A stretch of 64,000 nucleotides of DNA from [Eubacterium] saphenum (GTDB lineage Bacteria > Bacillota > Clostridia > Lachnospirales > Anaerotignaceae), in assembly GCA_945912105.1 (NCBI GenBank), contig CAMEBC010000007.1:19471-83470 (forward strand). Direction: 5' to 3'. Made by a program: the position numbers and the translations under genes. The notes below the pieces were generated by a model that made no database searches, was not told the DNA's origin, and worked only from the letters and a program-made list of their open reading frames with translations. This document shows positions 57,184-64,000 of this stretch, in pieces. The first letter of the stretch is position 1; the number at the start of each line of letters is the position of its first letter.

Positions 57184-57225
57184 ATTCAAGAATGCTGCAA
57201 TTTTTAGTAAAGGAGATATACGCAA

Positions 57226-58482
57226 ATGAAAAAACCTTTCGTTTCTTTAGAACAGGCAAAAAAAATCATCGAACAATACCCCACACCCTTCCATCTGTAT
57301 GATGAAAAGGGTATCCGCGAAAATGCAAGAAAGGTAAATGAAGCATTTTCCTGGAATAAGGGTTTCAAAGAATATTTCGCAGTAAAAGCTACCCCTACGC
57401 CCGGCATCCTGCAGGTGCTGAAAGAAGAAGGCTGCGGCGCAGACTGCTCTTCTTATACAGAACTGGTCATGTCCGAAGCAGTAGGGTATAAAGGACATGA
57501 TATCATGTTTTCTTCCAACGTGACACCTGCGGAGGATTTTGTGAAAGCAGCGGAATTGGGCGCCATCATCAATTTTGACGATATCACACATATTCCTTTC
57601 TTCGAAAAGCTGGCTGCCATTCCCGAAACCGTATGCTGCCGCTACAATCCCGGTGGTTTTTTCCAGGTGAGCAACGGCATCATGGACAATCCTGGTGACG
57701 CAAAATATGGCATGACAAAGGAACAGATAAAGGAAGCCTTTAAAATGCTGAAGGAAAAGGGTGCAAAGCACTTTGGTATCCATTCCTTCCTGGCAAGCAG
57801 CACAAAATCCAATGATTATTATCCTATGCTGGCTAAGATCTTGTTTGAACTGGCAGTAGAACTGAAAAATGAACTGGATATCCATATCGCATTCATCAAC
57901 TTGTCCGGTGGTGTTGGCATCCCTTATGAACCTACAGAAACTCCTTGTGACATTATGGCCATCGGCGAAGGGGTAAGAAAGGTTTATGAAGAGGTACTGG
58001 TGCCCGAAGGCATGGATGATGTAGCTATTTTCACAGAAATGGGTCGTTTCATGCTGGCTCCCTATGGTGCACTGCTGGCAACGGCTATCCATGAAAAACA
58101 TATCCACAAAGAATATATCGGTCTGGATGCCTGTGCTGCAAACCTGATGCGTCCTGCCATGTATGGTTCTTATCACCATATTACCATTCTGGGCAAGGAA
58201 GATGCTCCTTGTGACCATAAATATGACATTACAGGTGGTTTGTGTGAGAATAATGATAAATTTGCCATCGACCGTATGCTGCCTGAAATCGAAATCGGCG
58301 ATATCATTTATATCCACGATACAGGTGCCCATGGTCACGCAATGGGTTACAACTACAACGGCAAGCTGCGCTCCGCAGAATTGCTGCTGAAAGAAGACGG
58401 CAGCGTGGAAATGATCCGCAGAGCCGAAACCCCTGCAGACTATTTTGCAACCTTTGACTTTACAGGTCTTTTCGATAAATAA
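57226..58482 (+). CDS. Fold-type III PLP-dependent decarboxylase (diaminopimelate decarboxylase family)
   Basis: 418 aa. TPFHLYDE, FAVKA (PLP lysine) and the C-terminal beta-domain CENNDKF. Substrate (DAP versus another basic amino acid or polyamine precursor) not resolvable by eye. Confidence 0.7.
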   Translation: MKKPFVSLEQAKKIIEQYPTPFHLYDEKGIRENARKVNEAFSWNKGFKEYFAVKATPTPGILQVLKEEGCGADCSSYTELVMSEAVGYKGHDIMFSSNVTPAEDFVKAAELGAIINFDDITHIPFFEKLAAIPETVCCRYNPGGFFQVSNGIMDNPGDAKYGMTKEQIKEAFKMLKEKGAKHFGIHSFLASSTKSNDYYPMLAKILFELAVELKNELDIHIAFINLSGGVGIPYEPTETPCDIMAIGEGVRKVYEEVLVPEGMDDVAIFTEMGRFMLAPYGALLATAIHEKHIHKEYIGLDACAANLMRPAMYGSYHHITILGKEDAPCDHKYDITGGLCENNDKFAIDRMLPEIEIGDIIYIHDTGAHGHAMGYNYNGKLRSAELLLKEDGSVEMIRRAETPADYFATFDFTGLFDK

Positions 58483-58502
58483 TGAAAGAAATCCTCGCAT
58501 AA

Positions 58503-58536
58503 GAAAAAGGAGTTGGAATTTCCAACTCCTTTTTCT
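58503..58536. terminator. Bidirectional rho-independent terminator
   Basis: GGAGTTGGA-attt-TCCAACTCC with an A-run and a T-run. Lies between convergent genes. Confidence 0.75.
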
Positions 58537-58547
58537 GCTCTTATTTC

Positions 58548-59879
58548 TTATTTCAGATGTGTGTTTTTGTATTCTTCACGAATATCATCGGGAACTAAGC
58601 TGCCGCCTGTAGCCCAAGGGATATGTGTGGCATTTGCCATTTTGTCTTCCAGACCCATTTTTTTGATGTAAGCCTGTACTTTTTCATCCTTCAGCATGAT
58701 AGGACCCCAGAAGGATGCACATGCGGAGGGTTCGATAAAGATATCTTCTGTTGCAACCAAGTCTCTCATCAGATCATAGAGGTGGTAGTCTTCCAGAGTC
58801 ACTTCACCGGACAGCAGGTTATTCATCACGCCGCCAACAAAACCGGAAGCGCGGCCAACTGCCAGACCATCTGCATGGGTCAGACCTGTCAGACCGAAGT
58901 CTTTTACGCATACTTCATTCTGCAGACCGGAGGCCATACCAACCAGCATACAAGGTGCCTGTGTAGGTTCTACAAAGAAAATGTGTACATTATCGCCAAA
59001 CAGCTTCTTGAAGCCGAAAGCAACACCGCCGGGTGCACCGCCTACACCGCAGGGGATGTATACGAACAGGGGATGGTCAGCATCCACTGTGATATTTTTT
59101 TCTTCGAACTGTTTCACAATACGTTTTGCTGCTACTGCATAGCCCAGGAACAGAGTGATGGAGTTTTCATCATCTACGAAATAGCTTGTAGGGTCAGCAT
59201 CGGAATTTTTACGGCCAACTTCTACGGCTTTGCTGTAGTCATCTGCATATTCAACAACCTCTGCGCCTCTCTGACGAAGCAGGTCTTTTTTCCACTGTTT
59301 TGCATCAGCAGACATATGAACGATAACATGGAAGCCCAGAGCCGCACTCATGATACCGATGGACATACCCAGGTTACCTGTGGAACCAACCTGAATCTTG
59401 AATTTGCTGAAAAATTCTCTGAATTCGGGGGAAGCAAATACGCTGTAGTCATCGCCTTCCTTCAGCATACCATGTTCCAGAGCCAGATCTTCAGCATGTT
59501 TCAGAACTTCATAGATACCACCACGGGCTTTGACAGAACCGGAAATTGCCAGATGGCTGTCCTGTTTCAGGAAAAGCTTGCCGGGGATAGAAGTATCATA
59601 TTCTTCTTCCAATTTCTTCTGCATGTTAGGGATATATGTCAGAGGAGATTCAATCAGACCATTTGTAGGGACTGTTTCAGGGAATTTTTTCATCAGGAAA
59701 GGTGCGAAACGAGCCAGTCTTGCTTCTGCATCATCGATATCAGCCATAGTGATATTGATCTTTGCCATAGCATCATCTGTTTTTTCCAGGTTTTCATTGA
59801 TCCAAACAACTTCTTTGGCTTCTGAAACCTGTTTCAAAAGGTCAACGTTTTTCACCTTGCTCCAAAGTTCATTACTCAT
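58548..59879 (-). CDS. dsdA: D-serine ammonia-lyase
   Basis: ORF 58548..59903. ATG at 59879 follows an AAGGAGG RBS. LFLKQDSHLAISGSVKARGGIYEVL matches the DsdA PLP-lysine region. ~443 aa. Confidence 0.8.
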   Translation of the reverse strand: MSNELWSKVKNVDLLKQVSEAKEVVWINENLEKTDDAMAKINITMADIDDAEARLARFAPFLMKKFPETVPTNGLIESPLTYIPNMQKKLEEEYDTSIPGKLFLKQDSHLAISGSVKARGGIYEVLKHAEDLALEHGMLKEGDDYSVFASPEFREFFSKFKIQVGSTGNLGMSIGIMSAALGFHVIVHMSADAKQWKKDLLRQRGAEVVEYADDYSKAVEVGRKNSDADPTSYFVDDENSITLFLGYAVAAKRIVKQFEEKNITVDADHPLFVYIPCGVGGAPGGVAFGFKKLFGDNVHIFFVEPTQAPCMLVGMASGLQNEVCVKDFGLTGLTHADGLAVGRASGFVGGVMNNLLSGEVTLEDYHLYDLMRDLVATEDIFIEPSACASFWGPIMLKDEKVQAYIKKMGLEDKMANATHIPWATGGSLVPDDIREEYKNTHLK

Positions 59880-60062
59880 AAAATATGCCTCCTTTATGAT
59901 CATAGGTTGTATTTTAATAGTAACATATCAAATTCACCTCTGCAAGATAAATGTAAAAATATGAAAAAATCTTGATTTTTCAAGGATTGACAGGAAAAGT
60001 CGAAACCTGTAAAATAAAAAAATGATGAAAAGTTTTTTACAATTTAATAAGGAGGTCTTTTT

Positions 60063-60686
60063 ATGGAAAGAGTAAGGCAATTTTTTTCTGCGATCCTGGC
60101 TGGTATGCTGATCGGTATGGGTGGAACTGTGTTTCTTTCTCAGTCCAATCCTGTGGTAGGCAGCTTCTTGTTTGCCATCGGTCTGTTTACGATCGTTGTA
60201 TTCCAGCTGCATCTTTTCACCGGCAAGGTGGGCTACACCCCCTTCCAGAAGCCTGTGTATCTGATCGAACTGGCGATCACATGGCTGGGGAACCTGGTTG
60301 GGACAGGGATCACGGCATGTATGGTAAGAAACAGCCGCATTTATGAGGGGATGGCTGAAAGAGTGGCTGGCATTGCCGAAGTCAAATTGGCAGATAATTT
60401 TCTCAGCCTTTTCCTTCTGGCAATTTTCTGTGGTATGCTGATGTTTATTGCCGTAGACTGTTTCCGCAATGTGCAGGGTTCTACACTGCGTTTCATCGGT
60501 GTATTCATTCCTGTTATGGTCTTTATCCTGAGCGGCTTTGAACACGTAATTGCAAATATGTTTTATTTCAGCTTGGCTGGCGCATGGAGTGCCCATTGTC
60601 TGGCAGCTATCATTGTAATGACACTGGGCAATGCAGTAGGCGGTATGCTGATTCCGGTATACCTGAAAGTATTTAAGATAAGATAA
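60063..60686 (+). CDS. Formate/nitrite transporter (FNT) family protein, short form
   Basis: 207 aa. Six TM segments. LFTGK and GFEHVIANMF signature. Confidence 0.7.
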   Translation: MERVRQFFSAILAGMLIGMGGTVFLSQSNPVVGSFLFAIGLFTIVVFQLHLFTGKVGYTPFQKPVYLIELAITWLGNLVGTGITACMVRNSRIYEGMAERVAGIAEVKLADNFLSLFLLAIFCGMLMFIAVDCFRNVQGSTLRFIGVFIPVMVFILSGFEHVIANMFYFSLAGAWSAHCLAAIIVMTLGNAVGGMLIPVYLKVFKIR

Positions 60687-60733
60687 GAAAAAGGGAGACA
60701 CAAAGTCTCCCATTTCTTTTGAAAAGGAGATTT

Positions 60734-61783
60734 ATGGAAGAACTGAAACATATCGTGGAACCTTTGGTGCAATGGTATCATGAAAATAAAAGAGACCTGC
60801 CCTGGAGGCAGACGAAAGACCCTTACCGTATCTGGGTATCGGAGATTATGCTGCAGCAAACGAGAGTAGAGGCGGTAAAGCCCTATTACGAGCGGTTTCT
60901 GCAGACTTTGCCTACGGTGAAGGATCTGGCAGAAGCTGATGAAGAGACGATCCTGAAGCTTTGGGAAGGCTTGGGGTATTATAGTCGTGTCCGCAATATG
61001 CAAAAAGCTGCCATACAGGTCATGGAGGAACACGGCGGATCCTTTCCCGCTGATCAGAAAGCCCTGCTGAAGCTGAAAGGCATCGGGCCATATACGGCTG
61101 GGGCAGTGGGCTCTATTGCTTTTTCTTTGCCCATCCCCGCGGTGGATGGGAACGTTCTGCGTGTCATGTCCAGAATCACTGCTGATGCAGCGGATATTTC
61201 TTTGCAGGCAACGAAAAAGGAATGGGAAGAACGATTGACAGAGATTATGCCAACAGATTGCCCCGGAGACATGAATCAGGCTTTAATGGAACTGGGTGCA
61301 ACGGTTTGCTTGCCCAACGGCGCACCGAAATGCGGTATTTGCCCTATGCGGAAATATTGCGAAGCATATCGCAAAAATCAGACCATGTTGTATCCTGTGA
61401 AGGCAGAAAAGAAAGCTCGCACATTAGAATATCTGAATGTCTTTTTCTGTGTAGATGGGAACAAAATCGCCATTGGCAAACGTCCTAAAAAAGGTCTGCT
61501 TTCCGGTTTATGGGAATTGCCTAATGGAAAGCGGGATATGGCACCTCTAGCGATTTTGCAGGAAATGGGTATCCTGCAGGCAGAATTGATCCCCATGAAA
61601 AATCAGAAACATATTTTCACCCATGTGGAATGGCACATGGACTGTTATTTTGTAAAAGTATTGAAGAAAATAGATTCCGATCTGCTGTGGCTGACAAAGG
61701 AAGAAGCCGAAGCATCCTTTGCACTACCTTCTGCATTCAAAAAAATCTGGCAGGAAGGGATAGAAAGAATGGGGCATGACTGA
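60734..61783 (+). CDS. mutY: A/G-specific adenine DNA glycosylase MutY
   Basis: ATG at 60734 follows an AAGGAG RBS. LPWR...PYRIWVSEIMLQQT, GLGYYSR, HhH GIGPYTAGA, Fe-S cluster CLPNGAPKCGICPMRKYC and a NUDIX-like C-domain. Confidence 0.9.
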   Translation: MEELKHIVEPLVQWYHENKRDLPWRQTKDPYRIWVSEIMLQQTRVEAVKPYYERFLQTLPTVKDLAEADEETILKLWEGLGYYSRVRNMQKAAIQVMEEHGGSFPADQKALLKLKGIGPYTAGAVGSIAFSLPIPAVDGNVLRVMSRITADAADISLQATKKEWEERLTEIMPTDCPGDMNQALMELGATVCLPNGAPKCGICPMRKYCEAYRKNQTMLYPVKAEKKARTLEYLNVFFCVDGNKIAIGKRPKKGLLSGLWELPNGKRDMAPLAILQEMGILQAELIPMKNQKHIFTHVEWHMDCYFVKVLKKIDSDLLWLTKEEAEASFALPSAFKKIWQEGIERMGHD

Positions 61784-61933
61784 AACATTTTTTCAGGAAA
61801 ATAGATTCAGCACAATACACAAAAAAATCATCAAAAAGATTGTTAAATAAGAATAATTATCGGTTGTTTTTTGTTTTCAAACAGAGTATAATAAATAAGT
61901 CATAGAGAAAAGATAGGATAAGGAGGGACAAGC

Positions 61934-63034
61934 ATGACTTGCGTCAGAGTGGCTAAAATGGAAGATAAAGCTGACTTTTACAGGCTGTGGAAGATTTGCT
62001 TTGGTGACAGCGATGCTTTCTGCCATTGGTTTTTCGAAAACCGCTTTGCACCTGCCTATTCTATCGTTTTGGAAACGGAAGGGGAGGTTGCCAGCTGTAT
62101 GCAGGCATTCCCTTATGCATTGCGTATCCGTGGGAAAGAAGTCCCCGGGGCGATGCTCTGCGGCGTTTCTACCCACCCCAGCCATCGGAAAAAGGGCTTT
62201 ATGGGGCAGATTTTCAGTTATGAAATGAATCATTTGCGAGGAAAAAACTGCATTGTTGCGCCCCATACCCCGGCGGTGCTGCCCAGCTATTTTTCCTTTG
62301 GGCACTTGCCTGTAGCAGATGCAAAATATCTGGAATGTGAATGTGTTCCTTCCTTTGAAACTTCCGTAGAACTGGTTTCCATAGAAGAAAAGGATTGGGA
62401 CAAGCTGTTTCCTTTATATGAACGTTTTGCGGCAAACTATAGCGGCATTATTTGGCGCACAAAAGAAGATTTTCTTCGGAAAGCTGCAGACTATGCTGCG
62501 GACGGCGGAAAATGTGCTGCATATATTAAGAATAACGAGATCAAAGGCTATGCCTTTTATTATCAGACAGAGGAAATGCTCCTTTGCGTAGAAGCAGCAG
62601 CAGAGGATGGATATTATCATAGCCTGATGGAAGGGCTGCTCGCCTGTGGCAAGGGGTTGGCGTTTTCTGCGAAGCTTCCGCCGGAATTATATCTTTCTTT
62701 TCCCTTTGGGAAATTGACAATAAAGCAGAAAGGGGTCATGGGACTTTGCAATGGGCCTGCACTGTTGGAAGCTCTTGATCTGGAAATTCCGTATGGCTTT
62801 AAAATGAATGACCATGTGGTTCCGGAAAACAATGGCATCTTTGATTTTCAGGGAAACCACTATGCAAGCGATCCTGTATTTGAGATTTCCGCAGGTCATC
62901 TTCTGCAGATTTTGGTAGGGTATCATTCCCTTCGTGAATTAGAAAAAGAAATTGTAGTCTTCGACAAAGAAAAATTCGACAGAATCAATGCTCTTTTGCC
63001 GAAGCAGAATTGTTATATTATAGATGAATATTAA
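61934..63034 (+). CDS. GNAT family N-acetyltransferase (Eis-like, with a C-terminal SCP2-like domain)
   Basis: 366 aa. GVSTHPSHRKKGFMGQI acetyl-CoA loop. Length and layout resemble Eis-type enzymes. Confidence 0.6.
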   Translation: MTCVRVAKMEDKADFYRLWKICFGDSDAFCHWFFENRFAPAYSIVLETEGEVASCMQAFPYALRIRGKEVPGAMLCGVSTHPSHRKKGFMGQIFSYEMNHLRGKNCIVAPHTPAVLPSYFSFGHLPVADAKYLECECVPSFETSVELVSIEEKDWDKLFPLYERFAANYSGIIWRTKEDFLRKAADYAADGGKCAAYIKNNEIKGYAFYYQTEEMLLCVEAAAEDGYYHSLMEGLLACGKGLAFSAKLPPELYLSFPFGKLTIKQKGVMGLCNGPALLEALDLEIPYGFKMNDHVVPENNGIFDFQGNHYASDPVFEISAGHLLQILVGYHSLRELEKEIVVFDKEKFDRINALLPKQNCYIIDEY

Positions 63035-63052
63035 AAAATGGAGGCAATCTTT

Positions 63053-64000
63053 ATGCCAAGATGTTTGGAATGTGAAAAAAATAAAATAGAAAATAATACA
63101 GCGGAACTGGTTTTCAAGCCCATTACTCTTGATATAAAGAAAACCATCGATTCCTATACAAAGCCCTGGAAGCTGGAATGTTCCGATCTTTCCTTTGCCA
63201 ATCTCTTTATTTGGGGTGCCGACGGCAAGATGGAATATGCGGAAAAAGACCAGGTGCTGTATATCAAACTGGATTTTGAAGGCGTGCCTGTGTTTCTTTG
63301 GGCACCCATCCCTATGTATGGTGCAGAAGTGGATTATCGTAAGGCAATTTATGACGGTATCGAATATATGAGAAGCATTGGCACAGAGCCTACCTTCCGT
63401 TCCGTCTGGACACCTTTTCGGGATAAAATGCTGGAAGCCTGCCCCGAGCTGTTCTCCGTCCCTACAGATATTGCCTGGGATTATGTTTATTCCAGAGAAA
63501 GCCTGGCGACTCTGAAAGGCAAAAAGCTGCATGGGAAACGCAACCATATCAATAAATTCCTTTCAAAGTATCCTGATTTTGAATACAGAAAACTGGACAA
63601 ATCCATGATCGAAGATTGTATCGCCCTGTACGATCAGTGGATCGAAGAAAAGGATGAAAAAGAATCAAAATCTATGGAGGATGAAAAGAGATCTGTTCAG
63701 CTGGCGCTGCACAATATGGAAGAACTGGGGTTGACCGGCGGCACCATCTATATCGATGGTAAGCTGTGTGCTTTTACTGTCGGCGAACGACTGCATCCTC
63801 ATATCCAGCTGATCCATATCGAAAAAGCAAATACAGAATACGAAGGTATTTTTCCCATGATCAATCAGCAGTACATCCTGCATGAATGTGAAGGAGTGGA
63901 ACTGGTGAACAGGGAAGAGGATATGGGCATCGAAGGGATGCGAAAAGCAAAACGTTCCTATAATCCCCTGAAAATGGTAGAAAAGTATATGCTCAGTACC
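63053..64000 (+). CDS. DUF2156 (phosphatidylglycerol lysyltransferase C-terminal-like) domain protein, truncated by the window end
   Basis: ATG at 63053 follows a GGAGG RBS. The frame stays open to the window end (316 codons). Contains the LKGKKLHGKRNHINKF motif. Absent from the ORF track because no stop lies inside the window. Confidence 0.6.
   Translation, partial: MPRCLECEKNKIENNTAELVFKPITLDIKKTIDSYTKPWKLECSDLSFANLFIWGADGKMEYAEKDQVLYIKLDFEGVPVFLWAPIPMYGAEVDYRKAIYDGIEYMRSIGTEPTFRSVWTPFRDKMLEACPELFSVPTDIAWDYVYSRESLATLKGKKLHGKRNHINKFLSKYPDFEYRKLDKSMIEDCIALYDQWIEEKDEKESKSMEDEKRSVQLALHNMEELGLTGGTIYIDGKLCAFTVGERLHPHIQLIHIEKANTEYEGIFPMINQQYILHECEGVELVNREEDMGIEGMRKAKRSYNPLKMVEKYMLST

Noticed and set aside
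57013-57225. Lysine riboswitch (L-box) upstream of the DAP-decarboxylase-like gene.
   Set aside because: The predicted promoter leaves a leader of only ~40 nt. The upstream 150 nt lack the conserved L-box helices and sequence blocks I remember.
59967-59987. AATCTTGATTTTTCAAGGATT closely resembles the apex of the inner hairpin of the pyc module (35171-35191, AATCTTTGATTTTCAAGGATT).
   Set aside because: Only the ~20-nt apex matches, and none of the P1/P2/P3 arms are present. Here it overlaps a TTGACA-17 nt-TAAAAT promoter for the FNT gene. I treat it as a possible fragment or coincidence, not a third copy.

Overview
This is a chromosomal, mostly housekeeping region of a spore-forming Firmicute (Clostridia-like), about 47-50% GC by eye apart from the first ~830 bp. 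I call about 58 protein genes.

Gene content:
- Sporulation: sigK; spoIIAA-spoIIAB-sigF; yunB; YmaF-, PdaB- and BofC-like genes.
- Central carbon metabolism: a citrate synthase-like/aconitase/isocitrate dehydrogenase operon, pyruvate carboxylase, phosphofructokinase, two tandem GAPDH paralogs, a CoA-transferase and a GH13 enzyme.
- Nucleotide and cofactor genes: guaA, a purine permease, coaBC, folC.
- Envelope: PBP1A, mltG.
- Repair and proteostasis: radA, mutY, clpC.
- A short KdpD/KdpE-like two-component pair followed by crcB.
- Several conserved genes of unknown function.

I saw no rRNA, tRNA, CRISPR array, transposase, integrase or recognisable defence cassette, and no convincing novel multi-gene protein system.

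The most unusual signals are non-coding:
1. A ~200-nt, almost fully self-complementary module. It has a terminator nested inside a three-way junction that is closed by a second terminator-like stem. It occurs twice, after pyc and after the second gap gene, with compensatory base changes between the copies.
2. A 128-nt three-way-junction palindrome just upstream of radA.
3. A cluster of four GC-rich hairpins between acn and icd.
4. A promoter-to-terminator unit that looks like a ~110-nt sRNA.
5. A free-standing 33-codon hydrophobic peptide gene.
6. Shared GGAC/GTCCCAC motifs upstream of both gap genes.

There are also signs of gene decay or rearrangement: a truncated CE4 deacetylase next to an AT-rich HExxH gene, a TetR/antiporter fusion remnant, and a CorC-like protein lacking DUF21. 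Strong avoidance of TTA/CTA/TCA codons creates full-length antisense shadow ORFs.

All calls come from reading the sequence and the ORF track, with no searches run. Family names are recognised from motifs, and start codons were chosen by inspecting the RBS.
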